Assembly (NCBI RefSeq): GCF_900319985.1
Contig: NZ_ONQL01000001.1
Source of the DNA: an uncultured Methanobrevibacter sp.
GTDB taxonomy: Archaea; Methanobacteriota; Methanobacteria; Methanobacteriales; Methanobacteriaceae
Length of the DNA stretch: 64,000 bases
Direction: 5' to 3' (one strand)
How positions within the stretch are numbered: position 1 is the first letter of the stretch; every line of letters starts with the position of its first letter. This document shows, piece by piece, positions 49,484 to 59,299 of this stretch. The notes below the pieces were generated by a model. It had not been told where the DNA came from. It worked only from the letters and a program-made list of their open reading frames with translations, and did not search any database. Made by a program: the position numbers and the translations under genes.

Positions 49484-50435
49484 ATTTTGGCACTGCTTTT
49501 GAGAACGGATCGAATGTTTCCCTGTTTTTGACTTCCATACATTTCATGCTTACCTTTGAGTGAAGAGAGGAAGGAAGTCTTAAAATCCTTTTCAAATCTA
49601 TGGATACCTTTGCATCAATTGTTGCAAGATTGACACGCGCCATGGCTTCAACTAAATTTTTGTATCTTCTAGGGCCGATATCCTTTTTGAAATATCCCCA
49701 ATTGTCGTTTTCCAAGTGATGCCTTGATGCAACTATGTCTTTCATAAGTTTTGTGTTGATTCCGTCCAGCTTTTCATTTCCAACCAAATGCATGATGTTG
49801 AATTTGACCTTGTCTGTAAATATTTTGGAGTATCCTACCGGAATGGAGAAATGCTCAAAATTAAAACTTTGATTAGACACTTCAGGATTTACAAACTGGG
49901 ATTTTGGAACTTCCGCACCTGCAGCATATTTCAATACCTCTGACCTGAGTTCACTGCCTGCAGTCATCATTTCCTCATCTAAAATTCTTATATGATATCC
50001 CCTTCCGGAGTAGATTAGATGAATGTTTTTAAGACCCAAATCTGATTCCAAAGTGTCGATAAGTGTATTCACGATTTCTAAAGCTTCACCAAGACAGATT
50101 TCACACACGCTATCGCACTGACAGGACCTGATTGGAATGTCTTTTGCATCAACATCAAAGATATACTCTGCTTTCAGCCAGTCTTCTCTTCTTCGGGGAT
50201 TGTTATAGAATGCTACTGAGATATATGCCGCAAAAGGAGCCTTATATCTTAGAAATTTTCTAAGGGATTCCTTGCCTCTAAAGACTTTATATCTGTCATT
50301 TGGTCCTTTTCCATTATGGTCAAAACCAAATTCCCTTTTTTTGATATCTGTAGCAATGAAGTCCGGCAAATCATTTTCAGACCATTCTTCACGATAGTAC
50401 TGTCTTCTTTCTTTCAAAGTAGCTTTAGAAAACAT
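49458..50435 (-). CDS. priS: DNA primase catalytic subunit
   Basis: REFGF, FDVD, SGRGYH, D..V..D..R.LRLP.SLH. Confidence 0.96.
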   Translation of the reverse strand: MFSKATLKERRQYYREEWSENDLPDFIATDIKKREFGFDHNGKGPNDRYKVFRGKESLRKFLRYKAPFAAYISVAFYNNPRRREDWLKAEYIFDVDAKDIPIRSCQCDSVCEICLGEALEIVNTLIDTLESDLGLKNIHLIYSGRGYHIRILDEEMMTAGSELRSEVLKYAAGAEVPKSQFVNPEVSNQSFNFEHFSIPVGYSKIFTDKVKFNIMHLVGNEKLDGINTKLMKDIVASRHHLENDNWGYFKKDIGPRRYKNLVEAMARVNLATIDAKVSIDLKRILRLPSSLHSKVSMKCMEVKNRETFDPFSKAVPKFVYERKGV

Positions 50436-50584
50436 GTTTAATAATTACTTTTTTAAAGTATATATTATTTCGTAAAGTGTGCATTTGCACGTTGATGATT
50501 TGGTTAAAAAAATTGTGGTGATGGTTTTGGGTGTAAGTGATTATATGGATTATAAATAGTTTTTTTCAAATTCAAATCAGAATA

Positions 50585-50707
50585 TTATTCGTTTTTACAG
50601 CATCCGAAAAAGAAATTTTTAACTTTTTTGGTTTTGGATTTTTTATCGGATTTCTTTTTTTCATCTATCTTGTGCAAGCTTTTTCTAGCTTCGGCCATGT
50701 TTCCCAT
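50585..50707 (-). CDS. Small basic protein (40 aa) ending FFFGCCKNE
   Basis: Not in ORF track. MGNMAEARKSLHKIDEKKKSDKKSKTKKVKNFFFGCCKNE; GAGGTG RBS. Confidence 0.6.
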   Translation of the reverse strand: MGNMAEARKSLHKIDEKKKSDKKSKTKKVKNFFFGCCKNE

Positions 50708-50845
50708 TATTTCACCTCTAAAATTTAGTCATGCCTAAATTATCTTTTTAACTTTATTATTTATAAAGTTTTGTAAATTTGATTAAATGAAATACTTTAA
50801 CTGGCTTAAATACTGCTAGTCATATTAGTAAATAGGAGGGATAAT

Positions 50846-50983
50846 ATGAATGGTATTGCAGCATTGTTTGTAGGGGCTATTGTAGCATATATCGTTAAGG
50901 GCTTTCTTGGAGATAGTACCTTTGCTACAGTCATCAGTATAATTGTCGGTTTTGTTGTGATGGGTTTTGTTGCATCCCTATAG
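50846..50983 (+). CDS. Small two-TM membrane protein (45 aa)
   Basis: Not in ORF track. AGGAGG RBS; MNGIAALFVGAIVAYIVKGFLGDSTFATVISIIVGFVVMGFVASL. Confidence 0.75.
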   Translation: MNGIAALFVGAIVAYIVKGFLGDSTFATVISIIVGFVVMGFVASL

Positions 50984-51035
50984 TTGGGGTGTTTCATAAT
51001 ATCATTTATTAGCTAGTTTGATAAAATAATTAATC

Positions 51036-51551
51036 ATGGAAGAAATAGTTGAAGTAATTGGAGTGGAACATCTAAAGACAGTTCTTTCAAATCTGACTCC
51101 CGAAGATATTGTAACACCAGCATTTGAAAATTGGATTTCATGTCAGAGAACTGGTCATACTGTACTTAATTTGGAAAATGGCAAGGTATATGGATTAGGA
51201 ATTGAGTTCAATCAATTGCCTTTGGCAGATAATATTTACATTGAGTTATTCACCATAAAATCTGATGAAGATCCAATTGAAGCTGAGGATTTGTTTTCAA
51301 AGCAGGAATATGAAGAATTTTTAGAGTTCAGCAGTGATGACCCTTGTGAATATATTCCAGATATTATTACTGATTTTTGTGAAAAAAATAACATCAATGA
51401 GTATGAGCGCAAAATTGGACTTTTGGCCTATAATTTCGAAAAAAATGAGCAGGCAAATTATAATATGTGGGAATCAACAATTTTAAATAAATATTATGAT
51501 GCGATATATGAAGACCACAATCCGTTTAAGTTTTCACATTCGTCAATTTAA
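51036..51551 (+). CDS. Acidic hypothetical protein
   Basis: 171-aa ORF; no family recognised. Confidence 0.75.
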   Translation: MEEIVEVIGVEHLKTVLSNLTPEDIVTPAFENWISCQRTGHTVLNLENGKVYGLGIEFNQLPLADNIYIELFTIKSDEDPIEAEDLFSKQEYEEFLEFSSDDPCEYIPDIITDFCEKNNINEYERKIGLLAYNFEKNEQANYNMWESTILNKYYDAIYEDHNPFKFSHSSI

Positions 51552-51573
51552 AAAATAGTAAAAGTGAAGAAAC

Positions 51574-53313
51574 TTAGGCAGTTTCTTCTTCAACGTTTTC
51601 TTCAAAATCTACTTTTTCACCGATTATTTTCAATCCGACAAACATCATTATTGTGGCGACAGGGATAGATATATACCAAGAAATTCCAAATCCGGCAGGG
51701 ATGTAACCGAAGATTATGGCTATAATTGCTACAAATCCTGCGTAGTAAATTTGTGTTTGAACGTGATCAATATGGTTACAGCTGGTACCCATACTTGAAA
51801 GAATTGTTGTGTCGGAAATTGGTGAACAGTGATCTCCGAAAATAGCTCCTGTCAATACTCCGCTTGTACAGGTAATGACGAATCCCATGTCTGGTGAAAC
51901 CGCCCATGCAAGTGGTATTGCCAGAGGCATTAGGATACTCATTGTACCATATGCCGTACCTGTTGCAAAGGAAATCAATCCTCCAAGTATGAAAATCAGT
52001 GACGGTAAAATCCAGTAGGGAATTGTACCTTTTAAAACACTTACCAGGTAGTCTGCAGTACCAACTTCATTGATTACTCCACCTAAGGACCATGCGAGCA
52101 ATAGGATTACTCCTGTAATGACAATAGTTTTCATACCTCCAATCCATTCGCTAATGGCCTGTTCTATTGTCATGATTCTTTGCGCTACTGCCATAACTAT
52201 GGCCACTATGGATGCAAGTAATGCAGCTTGGAACAATGCAACGGATGTGTCTGATGCAGATAATGCTTCAAATATTCCCTCAAATGATAATGGGGAAGTT
52301 TTCATTAATGTGATGAGTGTTTGATCGTTTCCACTTAAAATTGAGGTGTATCCGTTCCAGTAGAATGCAATCAATGCTCCGACAATTAATGTTAAAATTG
52401 GTATGATTGCATTCCAAATGGTTAATTTAATTCCTTTAACAGGTTGTACTTCATCAAAACTCGGTGCTTCAAAAGATTTTACAGGTTCTGAACCTTTTCT
52501 AGCACGTGCTTCCTGTTCTGCTTTTTTCATTGGTCCGAATTCATATAATGTAAGTGCGGAAATAACAATGAAGATTAAAATGAATATGTTGTAATATCTG
52601 TAGGGAATAGTTTGTAAAAATATTCCGAATCCGCTTACATCCATTCCAATTGTTTTAAAACCTGCAGCAATTAAACTTATTTCCAATCCAATCCATGTTG
52701 AAATAATTGCAATACCTGCAACTGGTGCAGCTGTTGCATCCACAACAAATGCTAATTTTTCTCTAGACACCTTAAGTTTATCCATTACAGGCCTCATAAT
52801 TGGACCTACAATTAATGAATTTGCATAATCGTCAAAGAATACGCATAATCCTAAAAACCAGGTAATGAGTTGTGCTTTTCTTGGAGTGTTTGCATGTTTG
52901 GCCAAGGCATCTGCCAAAGCTTTTACACCACCCATTTTTGTGATTAACTGGATTACACCACCAATAAGTAAACATTGGAGGATAATACCTGCATTCCAAG
53001 GATCGGACATGCTTGTAATGATTTGTTTTGCAATCGCTAAAAATGCATTTACGGCACTATTGACAATATTTAAGTCGGTTACGCATAGCATAAATTCTCC
53101 GATGAAAATCCCAATAAACAATGATAAGATTGTTTCTTTAGTAATAAATGCCAATGCAATAGCCACGAGTGGTGGTAATAATGTCAAAATTCCAAACCTT
53201 GCTGAATTATTTCCATCGGCTGGCATCTGTGTTATTGACAGGGATAATACGAAAAGACCTATTACACAAACAGCAGTTATTATTCCTATTTTCATATTAT
53301 TATTGATGTTCAT
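51574..53313 (-). CDS. NhaC-family antiporter/transporter
   Basis: LLPPLVAI, FFDDYAN, VDATAAP, SFATGTAYGT, FGDHCSPISDTT. Confidence 0.9.
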   Translation of the reverse strand: MNINNNMKIGIITAVCVIGLFVLSLSITQMPADGNNSARFGILTLLPPLVAIALAFITKETILSLFIGIFIGEFMLCVTDLNIVNSAVNAFLAIAKQIITSMSDPWNAGIILQCLLIGGVIQLITKMGGVKALADALAKHANTPRKAQLITWFLGLCVFFDDYANSLIVGPIMRPVMDKLKVSREKLAFVVDATAAPVAGIAIISTWIGLEISLIAAGFKTIGMDVSGFGIFLQTIPYRYYNIFILIFIVISALTLYEFGPMKKAEQEARARKGSEPVKSFEAPSFDEVQPVKGIKLTIWNAIIPILTLIVGALIAFYWNGYTSILSGNDQTLITLMKTSPLSFEGIFEALSASDTSVALFQAALLASIVAIVMAVAQRIMTIEQAISEWIGGMKTIVITGVILLLAWSLGGVINEVGTADYLVSVLKGTIPYWILPSLIFILGGLISFATGTAYGTMSILMPLAIPLAWAVSPDMGFVITCTSGVLTGAIFGDHCSPISDTTILSSMGTSCNHIDHVQTQIYYAGFVAIIAIIFGYIPAGFGISWYISIPVATIMMFVGLKIIGEKVDFEENVEEETA

Positions 53314-53697
53314 AAATTCACCATTTTTTAAAAAAAATTTATTTTAAGTACTAACTGAATATAATTTAATTATAATATTCTAAAAGATTCAATTTATTTT
53401 AAAAATAATAAACAATAATAATTTCAGTTTTCTTTTTTTATTTTAATAATTATTGTTAATTTCTAATTTTGAGTAATTAGAATCATTATATTTTAATTAA
53501 ATCATGTTGTATACTTTATAAATTCTATTATAAATAGTATTATAATTTAAATTAGGAATTAAGCGTTTTATAAGCTATTTTTCTCAAATTTAAATTTAGT
53601 AATTTTTATAGGATTTTCGTTGAATAATATTCATTTGTATAATATTTAAATTATTTTTCTAAAAAAAATAGTATAAGTCATCTATTTTTGACGACAG

Positions 53698-55029
53698 TTA
53701 TTCCTCTTTTGGCTGATTGTCGAGCTGATATTTTTTACGCCCGTAGCAGGAAAGGGGATTGTTGATGCCTTTGCATGATTTGTCGGGATGGCATAGCTGA
53801 GGAAGGTGGATCTTTATTTTTTCACAGCTCATTGGAGTATACCACTTTGTTTCACCCTCATGGTTGATGTCTACCTGTTCATGCATTCCAAAACCCAGTT
53901 TGGAGATGATATTGATTTTTTCCTGAGGCTGGTCATCAAATAAAGGAGGTGTACAGTTGTCAGCAGCATCAAAAATCAGAGGCAGAATTTCATTTTCTGT
54001 AATGGATAAGTCAGGATCCATATCAGATACCTTGATAGTTTCATCTGAAGCAAAAATTCTTGGATAAAGTCTTGCATAAGATGCAAATGATGTTAAAAGA
54101 AGAACTATTGCATCGTTACGCCCACCAGAGGATACTCCTTCGACTGTTGTTTTGATGCATGGTGGAAATGCATCCGGATTCAATTTTCCAGCTTGAACGC
54201 TTCCGTAAATTCCTCCGCTTCCTGCATAATACTGATTGTATTTGCTGGTTTCTTCGGGGATAAATTCCTTGAGTTTTTCTGCAATCTTTAGAATTGCGGG
54301 ATGTATTTCAACACGTGCAGACATTTCCTTGATTCTGTTTATGTATTCCTCTGTTTTCTGCATTATGAGTCTAGATAAAATCTGTTCCTTTACGCTGTCT
54401 CCAATAAGGATGTTGTACATTCTATCGGGGCTTCTGTCATGGAATTTGTCTGAATATCTGTTGAGAAAATCATCTGATTGAAGAACAATGTCTCCGTCAT
54501 CAATCAACAGATCGGTTAGTTTAAGTTTTTTGGAAGCTATTACTTCCTTCAGGGAACTCCATCTGATTGCACCGTCTGTTTTTACTTCATCTAAAACTTC
54601 ATCAATTATTTCTGCCCTTGACATCGGAGGTATCTTTGACAGTCTCTCCTGAATCAGTATTCCCTGAGATTCGATAAAAAGCCTTGTTTCACGTGAACCT
54701 GTATTGAACTGGACTGCAATCGCCTGGCACAATATGTGGAATATCACCACATCAATCCTGAAGAGTTCATCATTTGTTAAGTATTCGAATTCGGCCTGTG
54801 TGAAGTTTTTATTGTTTTTCTTCTCGATTGCCCATTGGATGCGTTTAATCGCATAGTCTTCATATGATTTTGGAATTATGGAATCATCGGATATTCTCTG
54901 GTTCAGAGTATGTGTACAGATTTCTATTAATGTTTCGTCTTCTTCGAAAATCTGGTTTAAATCACCGTATTGCCTTATTATTTGCCTTCCTTCATTTGAC
55001 AATGGGTTTATATATGAAACTTCAGCCAT
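53698..55029 (-). CDS. priL: DNA primase large (regulatory) subunit
   Basis: FPPCI, SCEKIK..LC...C...NPL.Y C-terminal pattern; near priS. Confidence 0.8.
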   Translation of the reverse strand: MAEVSYINPLSNEGRQIIRQYGDLNQIFEEDETLIEICTHTLNQRISDDSIIPKSYEDYAIKRIQWAIEKKNNKNFTQAEFEYLTNDELFRIDVVIFHILCQAIAVQFNTGSRETRLFIESQGILIQERLSKIPPMSRAEIIDEVLDEVKTDGAIRWSSLKEVIASKKLKLTDLLIDDGDIVLQSDDFLNRYSDKFHDRSPDRMYNILIGDSVKEQILSRLIMQKTEEYINRIKEMSARVEIHPAILKIAEKLKEFIPEETSKYNQYYAGSGGIYGSVQAGKLNPDAFPPCIKTTVEGVSSGGRNDAIVLLLTSFASYARLYPRIFASDETIKVSDMDPDLSITENEILPLIFDAADNCTPPLFDDQPQEKINIISKLGFGMHEQVDINHEGETKWYTPMSCEKIKIHLPQLCHPDKSCKGINNPLSCYGRKKYQLDNQPKEE

Positions 55030-55221
55030 GTTTTTAACTTTTTGTTTCATGTTTTAAATAGCTAACCTATTTTCAAAATCAATTTTTCTTTAGTCGTGTT
55101 TAATTATATTATTTAATAATTTGGCATTTTCCCATAGTATATAACAGTGTTAAAATAATACTTTATTATATAGTAATTACATAATTATATAATGTTTAAA
55201 ATAAATAAGGGGAAAAGATAA

Positions 55222-57213
55222 ATGACTAAAATTTTTATTTCATGTGCACTTCCTTATGCAAATGGACCATGTCATTTGGGTCATATACGTTCTACCTATC
55301 TGCCTGCAGATATCTATGCAAGATACAATAGGATGATTGGAAACGACGTATTGATGGTCTGCGCTACAGACGAACATGGAACTCCAATTGCAGTTAAAGC
55401 GGATAAGGAAAATAAAAAACCGATTGAAATTTCTAAAAGATATCATGACATGATTGTTCGTGACGTAGAATCAATGAACATATCCTTGGATAATTTTACA
55501 CGAACAACCGATGAGGCTCACTATAATCTGGCTCAAAATTTCTTCAAAAAATTATATGATGACGGATACATTTACAGGGAAGACATTCAGCAGCTGTACT
55601 GTCCGAACTGTAATAAGTTCCTGCCTGACAGGTATGTAGAAGGATTATGTCCTGTTTGCGGATCTGAAGCAAGGGGGGACCACTGTGAAAAATGTGGTAA
55701 AGCCCTTGATCCAACCGAACTTGATGAACCTCACTGCATTACCTGCGGAACTACTCCAATAATTAAGGATACCTTCCAATATGCATTCAAACTGTCTGAT
55801 TTGGAAGATGAATTGAATGAATATATCTCTTCAAATGATAACCTGCCTGCAAATGTTAAAAACTATGCATCCAACTGGCTGAAAGAAGGATTGAATGACT
55901 GGATTTTGACCCGTGATATGGATTGGGGTATTCCGGTACCGTTGGATGAAGCCGAAGGTAAAGTATTGTACGTTTGGATTGAAGCATTCTTGGGTTATAT
56001 CTCATCAGCATCACAATGGTCAAAGCAATCTGGCATTAAATGGGAGGAATATTGGAATGACTTTGTGGTTCATTTCATTGGAAAGGACATCATCTACCAC
56101 CATTCAATATTCTGGCCAGGTTTGCTAAAGGCATACGGATGCAAATTGCCTGACATGATTTATGCCGGTGAATTCCTGTCTCTTGAAGGAGAAAAAATGT
56201 CTACAAGTAAAAATTGGGTTATATGGATAGCTGATTTTGTAAAAGATTATGACCCTGACCTGCTCAGATACTATCTGACAATAAACGCTCCATTGAATAA
56301 GGACTCTGACTTTTCATGGGATGATTTCCAAAGAAGAAACAACGATGAACTGGCAGACGTTATTGGAAACTTCCTGCACAGGACATTTACATTTACCCGT
56401 AAATATTTTGACAACAAGATTCCTGAATATGCAAATCCTTCCAGTGAGGATGAAGAATTTAAAAAGGCGATTGAGGAACTGCCTAAAACTGCCGGGGAAT
56501 ACATATCCCAATTTGAATTTAGGGAAGGTCTTCTGGAAATATTTAAAGTTGCCAAAAAAGGAAACAAATATTTCAACGACCAGGAACCATGGAAAGCAGT
56601 TAAGGAAGACATGCAAAAGGCTGCAAACTGTTTATACTTATCCAATCAATTGGCTAAAACATTGGCTTTCACCCTTAAACCTTATTTACCAACCAAAGCT
56701 GATGCTATCGCCAAAATATTGAATATTGATGATTTGTCCAATTGGAATGATGCAAGTGTATTTTTACCGTCAGGATATGAAATAAACAAGGCCAAACCTT
56801 TATTTAAAAAGATTGACGATGATGTAATTGAAGCTGAAAAAGCAAAATTACAGGAAAATTTAAAAGAAAGTAGCGAGGATGAAAATATGAGTGATTTAAT
56901 TAGTATTGATGATTTTGATGAAGTTGTAATTAAAATAGGTCAAGTAAAAGAAGCGGAAAAAATTAAAAAATCCGACAAATTGTTAAAATTACAGGTGGAT
57001 ATCGGAGAGGAAAAACCTAGACAAATTGTTGCAGGTCTTGCAAAATTCTACTCTCCTGAAGAATTGGTTGACAGAAAAGTTTGTGTTGTAGCTAACCTGC
57101 AACCTGCTAAATTATTCGGAACATTGTCCGAAGGAATGATTTTGGCAACTGGAGAAAGCGGTGCATTATTGTCTCCGGATGAAAATGCTGAAATCGGTGA
57201 AAGAATTCAATAA
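55222..57213 (+). CDS. metG: Methionyl-tRNA synthetase with C-terminal tRNA-binding domain
   Basis: LPYANG..HLGH, zinc knuckle, KMSTS, Trbp111-like tail. Confidence 0.97.
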   Translation: MTKIFISCALPYANGPCHLGHIRSTYLPADIYARYNRMIGNDVLMVCATDEHGTPIAVKADKENKKPIEISKRYHDMIVRDVESMNISLDNFTRTTDEAHYNLAQNFFKKLYDDGYIYREDIQQLYCPNCNKFLPDRYVEGLCPVCGSEARGDHCEKCGKALDPTELDEPHCITCGTTPIIKDTFQYAFKLSDLEDELNEYISSNDNLPANVKNYASNWLKEGLNDWILTRDMDWGIPVPLDEAEGKVLYVWIEAFLGYISSASQWSKQSGIKWEEYWNDFVVHFIGKDIIYHHSIFWPGLLKAYGCKLPDMIYAGEFLSLEGEKMSTSKNWVIWIADFVKDYDPDLLRYYLTINAPLNKDSDFSWDDFQRRNNDELADVIGNFLHRTFTFTRKYFDNKIPEYANPSSEDEEFKKAIEELPKTAGEYISQFEFREGLLEIFKVAKKGNKYFNDQEPWKAVKEDMQKAANCLYLSNQLAKTLAFTLKPYLPTKADAIAKILNIDDLSNWNDASVFLPSGYEINKAKPLFKKIDDDVIEAEKAKLQENLKESSEDENMSDLISIDDFDEVVIKIGQVKEAEKIKKSDKLLKLQVDIGEEKPRQIVAGLAKFYSPEELVDRKVCVVANLQPAKLFGTLSEGMILATGESGALLSPDENAEIGERIQ

Positions 57214-57224
57214 ATTTGATTAGT

Positions 57225-58802
57225 ATGGAAGAATCTGTCCTAGTAAATAAAGCTGAGAAATACCTGAAGGAAATATCAAAGGATTCAATCATATTGGATA
57301 ATATTGATAGTTTCGGTAATTTCAAAAGTCTTTACTTTAAGCTAGATGACAGACTAAACTTTTTACAGAACTTAAAGGATGATATGGATGCCCAAGGGTA
57401 TACAACCCCTTTTACATCCTTAAGTCGTTATGGAACCAAATCTGTGGCTGAAGTATCCCTTGATGAAGTCGGTGAAAACAGTCGCCATAATCAGATTTTC
57501 AGAATGAAGGCAAATGCCAAAAAGAATATTCTGGACAGGGTCAAGTCAGCTATAGATTCACATAAAATTGCCATTGGACACCTTAAGCAATTTGGATATG
57601 TAAAGTGCGATTCCTGCTACAAGAAATATTCGATGGACGAATATAGAAAAAACGATTCCAAATGCAGTTGCGGAAGCGAATCATTCACCTTCAAGATAAA
57701 TAAGGAAGCGACACACAGACTTGAAATAATCCCATATCTGCCACTTTCAGGCAATTATATGGTGCTGATGAGTCAATTTTCCAATTATGGAAGGGAATCC
57801 CTTAAAAAGGTATTGAATATTTTAAAGCAGGAACGTAAAGGTGTTGTAAAAACTATTTCTCTTGTTATAAGATTTAAAGATGACAATAACAGGTTAGTTC
57901 GCAAAAATATCACGCTGGATTCTGAATACGTTAACAATTATGAAGAGGAAGTAAGAAGGATTTACGGAAGCCGTGTGAGAATCGAAGCGCTCAGATTTCA
58001 CAGGACCAAACCTGCAATCATTGACGATAAGCATGCAAGAACAGCTCTCGCAATAGCCTATGTTCGATACTGCGAGAATATAATTTTAGATATCAAGGAT
58101 GATATTTTAAAAAGAAGACTCTCTGATTTTAAAAGGATAAATATCTATGATGAAGTTCTTTCGGAATTTGAAAATAAGACTCCGGATTTCATAGACAAGT
58201 ATGATGTGGATGCAATCGAAGCATGGAGAGAGTCAATGATACAAAAAAAGCTTAACAGCTATGGTTTTATGGATAATTTTGGAAATATGGTGAGATCACT
58301 AAAGCGTGACTTGAAAATCAGGGACAGCATCTACAAAAGTACATTTGTAAACATTGCATCTACCCTGATAATGTGGGATATGTTTAGATATTATTTGACA
58401 ACTTCAAACAACTCACGTAAAATTGAAAGCGGTCCTTTTCCCTACATTCGCGTAGAACTAGACCGTGAACAGCGTAAGGTTTTCCAGACTACCTATACCA
58501 AAGTCATTTCAACCCTAAATGATTTTACTGATATCAGAATCATTCCTGTTTATGAGATGGACCTTCTTTTGTATGAAAAATTCAAGTTTGAAAAGCAGAT
58601 TAAAAATTCAAATATCAAATTCAACCATGTAGCGTTGGGCGCAGGTCTGATACATGAAAATTCAGACATTGAGCTTGAAGATATAAGCAATGCATTCAAC
58701 ATCAACGAATCCAAAATCAAAAAGGAAATCAAAAATATAAATCATATCAAAAATCCGAAAAGCGACAAATCCAAAAAATTCCTTGATTTGATTAAAAAGT
58801 AG
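57225..58802 (+). CDS. DUF530-like conserved methanogen protein with Zn ribbon
   Basis: GY.TPF, K.ILDRVKSAI.SHKIAIG, CDSC/CSCG, YLPLSG. Confidence 0.75.
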   Translation: MEESVLVNKAEKYLKEISKDSIILDNIDSFGNFKSLYFKLDDRLNFLQNLKDDMDAQGYTTPFTSLSRYGTKSVAEVSLDEVGENSRHNQIFRMKANAKKNILDRVKSAIDSHKIAIGHLKQFGYVKCDSCYKKYSMDEYRKNDSKCSCGSESFTFKINKEATHRLEIIPYLPLSGNYMVLMSQFSNYGRESLKKVLNILKQERKGVVKTISLVIRFKDDNNRLVRKNITLDSEYVNNYEEEVRRIYGSRVRIEALRFHRTKPAIIDDKHARTALAIAYVRYCENIILDIKDDILKRRLSDFKRINIYDEVLSEFENKTPDFIDKYDVDAIEAWRESMIQKKLNSYGFMDNFGNMVRSLKRDLKIRDSIYKSTFVNIASTLIMWDMFRYYLTTSNNSRKIESGPFPYIRVELDREQRKVFQTTYTKVISTLNDFTDIRIIPVYEMDLLLYEKFKFEKQIKNSNIKFNHVALGAGLIHENSDIELEDISNAFNINESKIKKEIKNINHIKNPKSDKSKKFLDLIKK

Positions 58803-58809
58803 TGATAAT

Positions 58810-59280
58810 ATGGACGAAGATGTAACTACAATTCACATAACTGAAGTGCTGTCCTCATCGCTTATTATGGATTTGATTGATGAGTATCCCAATCTGTGTG
58901 AAATCACATGTTCCCCAAGTGTCTATGAGAGGACTTCAAAAAACTATATCGACGCTTTGGAGCAGCTGGACATTGAAGTCAACAAGAAATACAACTGGGG
59001 TGCAAAAAGCCAGACAAACGGTGAAGAAAAGACAGTTTTGGATTTGGCCAAACAGGGATTGAATGCCCGTGAAATATCTGAAAAGTTGGACATGAAACTC
59101 AATCGTGTTTATTATTTGCTTAGAAAAAACAAGGACGATGTCAAATTCGACGATTATAAAAGAAAATATGATTACTCTGAGGTTAGGGCTCTGAAAGAGG
59201 ATGGCCTGAAACCTAAAGAGATATCTGAAAAATTGAATATACCGTTAAGGTCTGTATATTATATTTTAAATAAAAAATAA
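58810..59280 (+). CDS. HTH-repeat protein
   Basis: Two GL..(R/K)EISEKL......VYY.L repeats. Confidence 0.75.
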   Translation: MDEDVTTIHITEVLSSSLIMDLIDEYPNLCEITCSPSVYERTSKNYIDALEQLDIEVNKKYNWGAKSQTNGEEKTVLDLAKQGLNAREISEKLDMKLNRVYYLLRKNKDDVKFDDYKRKYDYSEVRALKEDGLKPKEISEKLNIPLRSVYYILNKK

Positions 59281-59299
59281 TAAAAAAATGTTAAAGGAG

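Noticed and set aside
50537..50997. Track ORFs 50537..50728(+) and 50806..50997(-)
   Set aside because: Antisense shadows of the two RBS-bearing microprotein genes
55068..55088. CTATTTTCAAAATCAATTTT resembling ~7279-7298 and the repair box
   Set aside because: No GCTCTC half, opposite orientation to priL, and low complexity
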